A model generated the notes under the pieces. The model worked only from the letters and a program-made list of their open reading frames with translations. It was not told where the DNA came from and did no database searches. A DNA stretch of 33,116 bases, taken from Chiloscyllium plagiosum (lineage: Eukaryota). Position numbers and translations under genes: made by a program. Where the stretch lies: contig NC_057751.1 of NCBI RefSeq assembly GCF_004010195.1, positions 14,034,996-14,068,111 on the forward strand, read 5' to 3'. Shown here in pieces: positions 1-10,489 of this stretch (positions are counted from its first letter, which is position 1; the number at the start of each line of letters is the position of its first letter).

Positions 1-626
1 TCTCTCCAGCGCGCGCGCGCACACTCACACCAGCGCGCGCACACACACACTCTCCCGCGCGCGCACACACACTCTCTCCAGCGCGCACACACACTCTCTC
101 CAGCGCGCGCACACACACTCTCTCCAGCGCGCACACACACTCTGCAGCGCACACACACACTCTCTCCAGCACACACACACTCTCCAGCACACACACACAC
201 ACACACTCTCCAGCACACACACACTCTCCAGCACACACACACACACTATCTGTCTCCACCACACACACTCTCTCCAGCACACACACACATTCTCTCCAGC
301 ACACACACTCTCTCCAGCACACACACTCTCTCCAGCGCACACACACACTCTCTCCAGCGCACGCGCACACTCTCTCCAGCGCACGCGCACACTCTCTCCA
401 GCGCACACACACACTCTCTCCAGCGCACACACACACTCTCTCCAGCGCGCACACACACTCTCTCCAGCGCGCACACACACTCTCTCCAGCGCGCACACAC
501 ACTCTCTCCAGCGCGCACACACACTCTCTCCAGCGCGCACACACACTCTCTCCAGCGCGCACACACACTCTCTCCAGCGCGCACACACACTCTCTCCAGC
601 GCGCACACACACACACTCTGTCCAGC
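1..626. repeat. ~20-24-bp compound minisatellite (ACACACTCTCTCCAGCGCGCAC)n with CA/CG dinucleotide length variation
   Basis: The core CTCTCCAGC recurs about every 20-24 nt, separated by alternating CA/CG tracts. This explains the repetitive minus-strand ORFs 25..681 and 246..662. Confidence 0.95.
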
Positions 627-699
627 ATCCCCCCTCTCCCTCTGCTTTATCACACTTCCCACTGCTAGGGATTCCTGTCACAGAAACTGATCCTTGGGC

Positions 700-1320
700 C
701 CAACCGGATTAAATCACCCCCTGAACTCAACCAGTCCCACCTCTCTGCTCCTGGCCCATCTCCACCCAAACCTTTCCATGTTCCTGGACTGATTCCAAAT
801 GTCTGGCCAGACCTTGTAGCTGCGTCGCGTCCACCACTTCCTCGCGCCACACGTGAACCACCCCTGGGGTGTGACAAAAAGTCTTTTTTTATAAAAGATT
901 AGATTCCCCTGCAGTGTGGAAACAGGCCCTTCGGCCCATCCAGTCCACACCAACCCTCCGAAGAGTAACCCACCTCTCACACCCATTTCCCTCTTACTAA
1001 CACTATGGGCCATTGAGCCTGGCCAATTCACCCTGACGTGCACATCTTTGGACTGTGGGAGGAAACCGGAGCACCCGGAGGAAACCCACGCAGACATGGG
1101 GAGAATGTGCAAACTCCACACAGACAGTCGCTCGAGGCTGGCATCGAACCTGGGACCCTGGCGCTGTGAGGCAGCAGTGCTAACCACTGAGCCACAATGC
1201 CACCCCAAACAATGCCTCCCCCATGTCTTTTTTTAAATCACTCTCCTCTCACCTTAAAAACATAGCCCCTGTGTCATGAAATCCCCCGCCCTGGGGAACA
1301 GACACCTCCTGTTCTTGAGG
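700..1320 (-). mobile_element. Old, degenerate CR1-type LINE 3' fragment split by the HE1 SINE at 897-1205
   Basis: 731-880 (ccagtcccacctc...ggcccatctccacccaaacctttcc...ccaccacttcctc...aaccacccct) and 1207-1310 (tctcctctcaccttaaaaacatagcccct...ccccgccctggggaacagac) are colinear with the CR1 tail seen intact at 11521-11980. Confidence 0.65.
897..1205 (-). mobile_element. HE1-type tRNA-derived V-SINE, near full length
   Basis: The reverse complement has a tRNA-like head with Pol III A/B boxes (GTGGCTCAGTGGTTAGCA; GGTTCGATGCC), the V-domain (GTGTGGAGTTTGCACATTCTCCCCATGTCTGCGTGGGTTTCCTCCGGGTGCTCCGGTTTCCTCCCAC) and a CR1-like tail ending AATCTAATCT. Confidence 0.92.
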
Positions 1321-1401
1321 GTTGGTGAGATTTTAATACCAGCTGACGCTGGGGAAAAGGTCCCCATGATTTATCGTTTGATACTCAGGTAAAAGTTAAT
1401 A

Positions 1402-2411
1402 GGGTGGCATGGTGGCTCAGTGGTTAGCACTGCTGCCTCACAGCACCAGGGTCCCGGGTTCGATTCCAGCCTTGGGCGACTGTCTGTGTGGAGTTTGTAC
1501 ATTCTCCACGTGTGTGTGTGGGTTTCTTCCGGGTGCTCCGGTTTCCTCNNNNNNNNNNNNNNNNNNNNNNNNNNNNNNNNNNNNNNNNNNNNNNNNNNNN
1601 NNNNNNNNNNNNNNNNNNNNNNNNNNNNNNNNNNNNNNNNNNNNNNNNNNNNNNNNNNNNNNNTTACCCATAGTGCTCAGGGATGTACAGGTTCGGGTGG
1701 ATTGGTCATGCTAAATTACCCATAGTGCTCAGGGATGTACAGGTTAGGGTGAATTGGCCATGCTAAGTTACCCATAGTGCTCAGGGATGTACAGGTTCGG
1801 GTGGATTGGCTATGCTAAATTGCCCCATCGTGCTCAGGAATGTGTAGGTTAGGGTGGATTGGCCGTGCTAAATTACCCATAGTGCTCAGGGATGTGCAGG
1901 TTCGGGTGGATTGGCCATGCTAAATTACCCATAGTGCTCAGGGATGTACAGGTTAGGGTGAATTGGCCATGCTAAGTTACCCATAGTGCTCAGGGATGTA
2001 CAGGTTCGGGTGGATTGGTCATGCTAAATTACCCATAGTGCTCAGGGATGTGTAGGTTTGGGTGGATTGGCCATGCTAAATTACCCATAGTGCTCAGGAA
2101 TGTGTAGGTTCGGGTGGATTTGCCATGCTAAATTACCCATAGTGCTCAGGGATGTACAGGTTAGGCTGGATTGGCCATGCTAAATTACCCATCGTGCTCA
2201 GGGATGTGCAGGTTAGAGTGGATTGGCCATGCTAAATTACCCATAGTGCTCAGGGATGTTCAGGTTCAGGTGGATTGGCCATGCTAAAATGCCCCATAGA
2301 GTTAATTACATTAGTCAGAGGGAAGTGGGTCTGGGTGGGTTACTCTTCGGAGGGTCGGTGTGGACTGGTTGGGCCGAAGGGCCTGTTTCCACGCTGTAGG
2401 GGAATCTAATC
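1402..2411 (+). mobile_element. HE1-type V-SINE with an internal tandem-repeat expansion
   Basis: The head GGGTGGCATGGTGGCTCAGTGGTTAGCAC and V-domain lie at 1402-1548, then a gap, then the 52-bp array, then a normal tail GGGCCGAAGGGCCTGTTTCCACGCTGTAGGGGAATCTAATC ending at 2411. Confidence 0.92.
1664..2298 (+). repeat. 52-bp minisatellite (about 12 visible copies) derived from the HE1 internal segment
   Basis: Unit TTACCCATAGTGCTCAGGGATGTACAGGTTCGGGTGGATTGGCCATGCTAAA, with starts at 1664, 1716, 1768 and so on (period 52). The left end is hidden by the gap. Confidence 0.95.
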
Positions 2412-3704
2412 GAAATTCATGGGGTCAGCTATCACATGGATGTGACTTTGGAGGGGCTGAAATTCATGCTGCAGTCCAAAATCGTGATCTCTGAATGAAC
2501 AGAGAGAGAGAGAGAAAAGCACAATGGATGTTTGTTAAAGACACAGAAACAATACGATTTGGGAAGTTTTGTTTTATCCAGGCAAAAGGTGACCCAGAAA
2601 TATAGTACGGCTTAAAGTCACAGTAACATGGTACATTTCTTGACAAAATGATGAGGGGATTTGGAAACCTCAATGAGGTATATGACTGAATTCCATGTGC
2701 ACTTCCGTGATTTCAGCTGAGCTGCACACAGAGGGGTTTTGTCACCACTCTCTGACCCGATGCATCTTTATCTTTTGCGCCAAATTCTTCCATTTTTCTG
2801 TTGTCTCTCATTCCAAACCTTTACATACAGGACAGTCCCTTGACTCACAAATGTCGATCTGTCATCTGAAAGGAACGAGGGTTGGATTTGACAGGAGCTA
2901 TCTGAACAATTCCAGATTTTCAGACCAAAGATTCAGGGTTGAATGAGTTTGACGTTTACTCGAATGTACACAGTGCACACACAAACACATGTGCGAGAGA
3001 GCAGGAAGGAAAAACTAAGGCTGTACAATTCAGAAAGTCCTCAGAATCCCGGAACTGCTCCACCATGATCCGAGATCATCAGCACCCAAGAAATATGAGG
3101 GCAATCTCAGCAAATGGTGGTTTCTGACATTTGTTTTCTGGCTGGGCGCTGCTTTTGAGGTGATGGGGAGACAGAGAGAGCTTTCCAACCTTTGCTGTTC
3201 CCCGATCCATATTCCTTTCTTCAGCTGCTGACCAATAGCTGTCAAAATCGCGTTCCTTTGCATATTCCCGAGTCTGGCCCCATCGCCCACCCAAGTTGGC
3301 TATTCCCCAGACAAACCCCATACGTCATTTGTAAATGGAAACAGGCCATACAGGTCTCACGATGCCTGACTCCATCCACAAGTTTCCAAGTCTTCCGATA
3401 AAACGGTCCCTTCACTTCAGACTGCGTTGAGGTGGGGCAGTTGGGATCCAGTCTATTGGCCAGGTGATCACAGCAGCCATTCTCAGTCAGGGTCTGCCCG
3501 TATTTTGAAAATGAGTCTGGGGTAAATCGCGTGGGAGTTGAGTGCTGACGGACCACAGATCATCACTATCGCGATGGCTGTGCGCCCCGGTCACTGCCAG
3601 AGGAAGTGGACGCCTGGGGAGTTGGAAGTGTCGTGGCTTTCTGCAGCTCGCTTCGCCGGAGATCTAACCCAACGTAAACGGTCTCTTTCTCCTGTTGCTG
3701 GCAG

Positions 3705-3782
3705 CTTCTGATGTGGACCTGTCCAGTGCGGTCTGTCTCGGCCTAGTGGAGGGTGTCGTGGGCAAGTTCCAGTTTCAGACAA
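3705..3782 (+). CDS. INPP5F: INPP5F/SAC2-like phosphoinositide phosphatase, internal coding exon (equivalent to human exon 2)
   Basis: Acceptor tctctttctcctgttgctggcag, donor gtaagg, 78 nt, phase 1-1. Encodes (A)SDVDLSSAVCLGLVEGVVGKFQFQT, matching recalled human SAC2 ATDLLLAWNPICLGLVEGVIGKIQLHS. Splices in frame to 5320-5456. Confidence 0.88.
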
Positions 3783-4529
3783 GTAAGGCTGTGGTGAGGG
3801 CAAAGGGAGCGTTCCCTCCCAGTGATAGGCCTTTCACCCATCGCTGGGCTGGGGCGGGGAGTTGTGGGACTGGTGTTGTCCGATGGTGGTGGCCCTGAGG
3901 CGGGGTCAGAGCCACCCTCCTCCTGAAGGTTTCCACGGCGACGGTTTGGCTGGTAGGCCCGGTCACGTGCCGTGGGCCTCAACCGCTCCAAATTAACGAG
4001 GAACATTGAACCCATCGTGTGCCGGTCAGAGACGCTGGCACAATCAGCAACACCCGGTGCTGTTGACCAGCTCTGAGGCCCACCTGCGCTGGCATTTTCC
4101 ACTCCACCAGGGAGAGGAGGCAGAGACGATCCAAAGGTGGGGGAGGTGGGTGGGGATGGAGGGCAAAATCTGGCACGTTGGGGGTCTCGTCTGACTCTGG
4201 GGGAGCAGTTGGCTGCCTCTGGCCACGAATCACGACTGGATGGAGCGTGGGTTCGGCGAGGCGAAAGGGCGGGGGGGCAGACAGAATCGCGCAACGACAA
4301 TGTCTTCCTGATGGGGAGCCTGGCCAGGCCAGGCCAGGCCAGGCCTGGAGGGCTGTGTGCCGCGTTGTGTTTGTGCCAGGTCAGTCAGCTTCCTCCACTG
4401 CCCGCTGGGAGTGTCTTCAGTCGGACGGCTGAACGCCTCACCCGGTCCCATTTCCAACGGCTGAGGGGAAGATCCAACTCAGTGTCTGCTGGATTGCACT
4501 CGGGACAGGAGAGGGCAGATCATGAGGAG

Positions 4530-5108
4530 ACATTGAAGCAGAAATTAGCCCATCCAGTCCGTTCTGCCACTCAATCATGGCTGCTAAGTTTCTCAACCCC
4601 GTTCTCCTTCTTTCTCCCCCCCCCCCAACCCTTGATCCCATGAACCTATCTATCTCCGTCTCAAATATACTCAATGACCTGCCCCCCCCACGGCCTTCTG
4701 TGGCAGTGAATTCCATCGGGACACCAGTCTCTGGCTGAAGAGGTTTCTCCTTATCTCTGTTCTCAAAGGTCTTTCCTTCACTCTCAGGCTGTGCCCTTGG
4801 GTACCCGTCTCTGCCAACCAATGGAAACATCTTCCCAACATCTACTCTGTCCAGGCCATTCGGTATTCTGTATGTTTCAAAGAGTTCCTCACAGTTCGAA
4901 ACAGAGTCCCCAAACGTCCCTCGTAGGTTAAGCTTTCCATTGCTGGGACCATTATTGTGAACCTCCTCATAACACGCTCCAGGGCCTGTCCACCCTTCCT
5001 GAGATAGAGGGCCCAAAACTGTACACAATCCTCCGAGTGTGTTCTGACCAGAGCCTGATTGGGCCTCAGGAGAACATCCCTGCTTTCATATTCAAGTCCT
5101 CGCAAAAT
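4530..5108 (-). mobile_element. Degenerate CR1 LINE, RT C-terminus plus 3' tail
   Basis: Minus-strand translation RGLEYESRDVLLRPNQALVRTHSEDCVQFWALYLRKGGQALERVMRRFTIMVP and ETYRIPNGLDRVDVGKMFPLVG, colinear with the CR1 ORF2 end at 32511-33116. Frameshifted. Confidence 0.85.
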
Positions 5109-5319
5109 GAGGGTGGAGAAAGGGCGAGGTAGAATGAGAGAGAGAGAGAGAGAGCAACAGACGGCCCAAGAGACCAGCACCCATTGGGAGTGCCAGCCAT
5201 GTGCCCCGGGGGCAGTGGGTCGGGGGAGGAGATGCAGGAACGTGGCACCGTATGTGTGTGTGTGGGGGGGGCAGGGACATGGCCATGATGCCCCTCCTTG
5301 TTGGGTTTTTGTTTTGTAG

Positions 5320-5456
5320 ATTTGGAGTGCTTTCTGATCCTGATCCAGCAGAAAGGCTTGGTTGGCACGGTGCCAGGCAGCCACAAGATGTACAAGATTA
5401 CCAAAGTGGCAGTTCTCCCTCTGGCCCACACTGAGCCTTTTGGCCTGAAACTTGAG
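5320..5456 (+). CDS. INPP5F: INPP5F/SAC2-like phosphoinositide phosphatase, internal coding exon (equivalent to human exon 3)
   Basis: Acceptor gggtttttgttttgtag, donor GAG|gtaaat, 137 nt, phase 1-0. Encodes (N)LECFLILIQQKGLVGTVPGSHKMYKITKVAVLPLAHTEPFGLKLE, which aligns without gaps to recalled human DLPWWLILIRQKALVGKLPGDHEVCKVTKIAVLSLSEMEPQDLELE. Confidence 0.92.
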
Positions 5457-6502
5457 GTAAATTCTCAAAGTTGGTGGGGGGGGGGGGGGGGCTGACCAGC
5501 TGGCGTTGTGTGGTTGGACTCTCGGTGCCCGCCTCCCTTCCTCCCCCTGCCCCAGACTTGGTTGCCACAGGGTTTGAGGGGGAGCTCCTCCCCCAATGGT
5601 CAGCTGCCCATTGGGTTCCCCACTCTGTGTCCGCCTCCTTGTAAAGTTGCCAGGATCTCTCCACGATGGCTGCGCTAAGCTCTCCGGAGCCAGGTGGGGG
5701 GGGGTCGTCCATCTCTGAACCACACCCTCGTGTCAGCCATTTTGGGAGCCACCTCCTCCCTCCAACCCCCTGGCTGCGTCGGCCCTGCTCTGTGTCCCCT
5801 TCGGGTTCAGCCTCCCTGATTCACTCAGCACCCCCCAGGCCCACCTTGTGAAGGAGGTCTTTGGTCCACTCCCTGACCAGCCCCCAGTCCCACCCTAACC
5901 CAACCCCCTTCGGGTGAGTGAGTGCTTGCTTGTCCCCCCCACAGGCTGGGATTCAACATGATGGATCCCTTTTCCCTGTGTCTGTGTGTGGGACTCTTTC
6001 TTNNNNNNNNNNNNNNNNNNNNNNNNNNNNNNNNNNNNNNNNNNNNNNNNNNNNNNNNNNNNNNNNNNNNNNNNNNNNNNNNNNNNNNNNNNNNNNNNNN
6101 NNNNNNNNNNNNNNNNNNNNNNNNNNNNNNNNNNNNNNNNNNNNNNNNNNNNNNNNNNNNNNNNNNNNNNNNNNNNNNNNNNNNNNNNNNNNNNNNNNNN
6201 NNNNNNNNNNNNNNNNNNNNNNNNNNNNNNNNNNNNNNNNNNNNNNNNNNNNNNNNNNNNNNNNNNNNNNNNNNNNNNNNNNNNNNNNNNNNNNNNNNNN
6301 NNNNNNNNNNNNNNNNNNNNNNNNNNNNNNNNNNNNNNNNNNNNNNNNNNNNNNNNNNNNNNNNNNNNNNNNNNNNNNNNNNNNNNNNNNNNNNNNNNNN
6401 NNNNNNNNNNNNNNNNNNNNNNNNNNNNNNNNNNNNNNNNNNNNNNNNNNNNNNNNNNNNNNNNNNNNNNNNNNNNNNNNNNNNNNNNNNNNNNNNNNNN
6501 NN

Positions 6503-6645
6503 GGATTAGCCGTGCTAAATTATCCACAGTGCTAGGTGCATTAGACAGAGGGGAATGGGTCTGGGTGGGTTACTCTTCGGAGGGTCGGTGTGGACTTATC
6601 GGGCCGAAGGGCCTGGTTCCACATTGCAGGGAAACCCATCTAATG
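6503..6645 (+). mobile_element. HE1 SINE 3' part (5' part lost in the gap)
   Basis: GGATTAGCCGTGCTAAATT...GGGTCTGGGTGGGTTACTCTTCGGAGGGTCGGTGTGGAC...GGGCCGAAGGGCC matches the other HE1 tails in the window. Confidence 0.85.
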
Positions 6646-6829
6646 TAAAAAACACACACCTAATGATAGAATTGAGGACAGTAATAATGATTAGAATAGT
6701 CTTGGTACTTTCTGCTCATAGGATTTTTAATGGGTTTGCACATTCTTATTAGTGGTTTGCACTTATTATTGGGAACTTCTTACTTTAGACCACTTTGTCT
6801 TGGAGAAAGCAGCATCTTCAGACAGGTGG

Positions 6830-7210
6830 CAAGAAAAATGGACAGTAGGTCAGGTCAAGAGGGCAGTGCCATGTCGGAGGGTTGGATCTGAGAGGGGTGG
6901 GGAGTGGGGAGATTTGGAAACTGGTGAATTCAATGTTAAGGCCGTGTGGTTGGAGGCTCCCAAGGCGGAAGATGAAGTGTTCCTCCTCCAGTTTGTAGGT
7001 GGCCTTGTTTAGGTGATGGAGAAATACCAGAGTGGACATATCATTGGGGGTGTGGGAGAGGGAGTTGAAATGGATGGACCAGAGATCACCCCTGAACCAT
7101 TCCATGAGTTTGCCCTCGGCCTCGTTGATGTGTTGAGGAGACCACATCCAGGGCAACGGGTGCAGCAAATGAGGATGTGCAAGTAAATCTCTGTATCACT
7201 GGGCCAGAAA
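6830..7210 (-). mobile_element. Degenerate Penelope-like element, GIY-YIG endonuclease C-terminal remnant
   Basis: Frameshifted translation ICCTRCPGCGLL/HINEAEGKLMEWFRGDLWSIHFNSLSHTPNDMSTLVFLHHLNKATYKLEEEHFIFRLGSLQPHGLNIEF resembles the PLE motifs Y.I.C..C...YIGET...RF.EH and 'E...I..L..L.P.GLN'. Confidence 0.8.
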
Positions 7211-8094
7211 TCCAGAGACCCCCACACCCTTGGTGTGGGTGGCATGAGTCCCCAGGTTCGAGTCTTAGTGCAGCGGCAGGTGAAGTTGAAATTTATATCG
7301 CACATCTGGAATGTAAGGACGCTCTCAGGACTCCCCCAAAAAAAACACCGATGTGCTCATGGGAGGGGAATCTGGTCTGGCCAACTTGAGAGCCACAGAC
7401 ATGTGCTTGAACATTAATGGCGCCCCCGCACCCCCGTTCCCGAAGTGAATGTGGAAGTCTCTCAGTCAGAGGGCAATTCGGAACGGGCACCAAAGGCTCG
7501 TCTGGCCGGTGGCGCCCACACTTGGTGGAAACAGGGAGGTGCACAAGGAGTCAAGCACAGCTCACTGCCAGTGTGTTTGGTTCCTGCATTGCAGGCTTCA
7601 GATTGAATGGCTTGTTAGCCAGGGCAGCTGAGAGAGAGAGCTTCCGCGCATCATTGAAGACGGGCCTGGGATGAGAAGGACAGTGAGCTGACTGATCCTC
7701 CGTACTGATGGCTGCTTTAGAGAGATTAAACACAGGCTCTGGGGACTTGAGCTGCATGATTTTGTCCACAGGTTTTCCATAATCGTTTTTCAGCGTGCTG
7801 TCTTTGAGAAGCAGTTAAGTGAGCAATTCCTGTGTTGACAGCTGAATGCCAGAAGCCTTTGTTTTGACAACTGTGTGCTCTCTGAATTTGGGAGTAGGAT
7901 AGAAGTTCACTCTGATTACACTCATCATTGTTCTTTTGCTCAGAGATCAAACAGCACTCGCGAGTTTCCTAACCATTTTCTACTGTTTAAAGAATTTTAA
8001 TGTTTGTAGCACTCGACAGGTTTTCCCAGGGAATTGTACCCAGAACCACCACCTCACAAGTGCACCTCAGACTCTCGAACAAACCAAACAGGAA

Positions 8095-9500
8095 CATTTC
8101 GAACCTGCTCCATCTTTCAGTCAGATCATGGCTGATTTGTTTCTGTTCCCAATCCCACATTCCCAATCCCACATTCCCAATCCGTTTCCCGATAACACGG
8201 GACTCTCCCCTCCACCCCTGACCAGCGAAAAGCTCTTGACCTCCATCTTGTCTCCCTCCCCCCACCGCGTTCTGAAGCAGAGAGGGCCAAAGTCAGAGAC
8301 AAAAATGCTGTCCTCATCTCTGTCCCTGAAAGGCCCCGTCTTCATTTTCAAACTGTGCCCCCTGAACTCGGCCCTCCTTTCCACCTCCACATTGTCAAAG
8401 CCATTCCGGATTTTAGATACTTCAAGTTGCCCCCACACCCCCACCCCTCCCCACTCCCACCCAGCCCCTGGCCCGGTGGAGGTAGGCCCAACCTGCCTGA
8501 CATATCCTGAAAGACCACCTCTTTATTCCAGGTGTCCAACCCATAGACATCCGTCGAATCATCAAATCACAGTAGCGTGGAAACAGGCCCTTCGGCCCAA
8601 CAAGTCCACACTGACTCTCTGAAGAGTAACCCACCCAGACCCATTCCCTTACCCTCTTACTCTACATTTATCCCTCAGTAATGCACCTAACCTACACATC
8701 CCTAAACACTACGGGACAATTTGCCATTGCCTATCCACCCTAACCTGCACATCCCTGAGCACTATGGGTAATTTAGCATGGCCAATCTACCCTAACCTGC
8801 ACATCCCTGAATATTATGGGTAATTTAGCACAGCCAATCCACCCGAACCTGCACATCTTTGGATTGTGGAAGGAAACCCACGCAGACACGGGGGAATCTC
8901 CACACAGACAGTCGCCCGAGGCTGGAATCGAACCCGGGTCCCTGATGCTGTGAGGGGGCAGTGCTAACCCCTGAGCCATTGTGACGAACCTCCTAACTAT
9001 TTATCTCTTTCCTTAAGGGACTGCACAGCCTTTGAGATGTAGTCTCACCAATGCCCTGTCTAACAGATTTGTAAGATCTTCACTGATTGTGTTCAGATGC
9101 GATCTTCATCGTTTGCTGTGGCTGCCCATGAACCTGAGATGAATCACGCATCAATGCACCGAAATCCCTGTGCACTTCAGAATGCCCCACCGCCCTTCTC
9201 CGTGTGAGTAACACTCAGCTTTCTTCTTTGTGCCCCCCAGAGTGTGCAACTTCACGTTCTCCCATATGACCATGCCCGCCACCGAACCTGCCTGTATCTG
9301 TCTGGCAGTCTCTCTGTCTACCTCGCAGTGTATTGAGTGACCTAATGTCACCGCCAGGCTTTCAGTCCCCTCATGTAATCCCGGGTATAAATTGTACAAG
9401 GTGATAGTACAGACCACAGGCACCACCACAGACCTCTCAAAGACCCCTTGGTCCATACACTCTGGGAGGCTGGGAGGAACCCATTGAGGAGAATCGACCA
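8095..9500 (-). mobile_element. Very old CR1 LINE remnant in two pieces (about 8095-8530 and 9000-9500), interrupted by the HE1 SINE at 8560-8990
   Basis: Minus-strand GQLEVSKIRNGFDNVEVER...RGHSLKMKTGPFR (ORF2 end) and QGVFERSVVVPVVCTITL...LHEGTESLAVTLG...CEVD (decayed GVPQGSVLGP...DLDEG...DDTKLG region). Confidence 0.6.
8560..8990 (-). mobile_element. HE1 SINE with about three copies of the internal ~52-bp unit
   Basis: Reverse complement shows a tRNA head, an internally deleted V-domain, repeated ACCTGCACATCCCTGA...ATGGGTAATTTAGCA units (8690-8860) and the tail. Confidence 0.88.
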
Positions 9501-10126
9501 AGGTGTTCCTTGTGGGGGGGGGGGGGGGAAGAAATGTTCCTTTTTTAAAAACACACCATTTTGACTCACCCTTGCAGATGAGGGGATTTTACTTTTCAAA
9601 TTGCCTCACTGAAAGCTGCACGGTGACTTGTCATTTATTATGTGGGTCGATTTAAACACGGAAACATCTCCTCAGTTCTGCAGGTTTGGTTTTGCTGTTT
9701 ATCGGTTTCTCAGGGCGATAGATTACCTAGGCTCAGCTCTGCCTCACACTGACCCACACAGTTCCCTGCCCCCCGCCTGTACAATAACCAAAGGCTGTTG
9801 GATATCCTGATTTGGGCCAGTTTTGTGCTCTTCTGCCTGGAGGTGAAGGCTTTTGTCCCTGCTTCGAAAACAAGTTGGGGAAAAAGAAATCAACAAAACT
9901 GGACCCGTTTACAAAAAAATGCGGCCATTTGGAAGAGATGTTCAAAATCCTTCACAAATGATTTCATGTCAGCCAATGTAGGTTGTTGTAAATGGCATGA
10001 TTCTATTGGGTACCAGCTTGTAGCTGTTTGTGAAGGAACAAATTGGAGAGACAATGAAATGATAACGTGTTTGTTACCAAGAAACCCAAGAAGTCACAAT
10101 GGGGAGAAAAAACAATTATTTTGTCA

Positions 10127-10470
10127 TGGCACAGTGGCTCAGTGGTTAGCACTGCTGCCTCACAGCACCAGGCACCTGGGCTTGGTTGCACCTTCTGGAC
10201 ACTGTCTGTGTGCAGTTTGCATATTCTCCCCCGCTCTGTGTCTGTGTGGGTTTCCTCCCACAGTCCAAAGCTGTGCAGGTTAGAGTGGATTGGCCATGCT
10301 ACATTACCCAAAGTGCCCAGGGTTGTGCAGGCTAGGTGGGTTAGCCATAGGAAATGCAGGGTTACAGGGATAGGGTAACAAGGCTGGGTCTGGGTGAGAC
10401 CCCCTTTGGAGGGTCAGTGTGGACTCGATGGGCCGAATGGCCTGCTTCCACACTGTAGGGATGGTATGAT
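10127..10470 (+). mobile_element. Diverged HE1-type V-SINE
   Basis: TGGCACAGTGGCTCAGTGGTTAGCACTGCTGCCTCACAGCACCAGG head, V-domain, two internal units and tail GGGCCGAATGGCCTGCTTCCACACTGTAGGGA. Confidence 0.88.
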
Positions 10471-10489
10471 TGATGAGTTAGGTGGATGA

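Noticed and set aside
25..681. 218-aa Cys/Val repeat protein (and His/Thr-rich ORFs at 20828-21319)
   Set aside because: These are translations of microsatellite or minisatellite DNA.
4842..5723. 293-aa minus-strand ORF
   Set aside because: It is a chimera of GC-rich intron, the antisense of the SAC2 exon and a CR1 remnant, not a gene.
5895..6648. Long ORFs spanning N runs (also 18231-19520, 23711-24738, 27321-28472)
   Set aside because: These are artefacts of assembly gaps translated as X.
6770..6825. SAC2 exon 1-like peptide (ELLTLDHFVLEK versus MELFQAKDHYILQQ)
   Set aside because: It lies downstream of exons 2-3, has no ATG, and the similarity is within chance.
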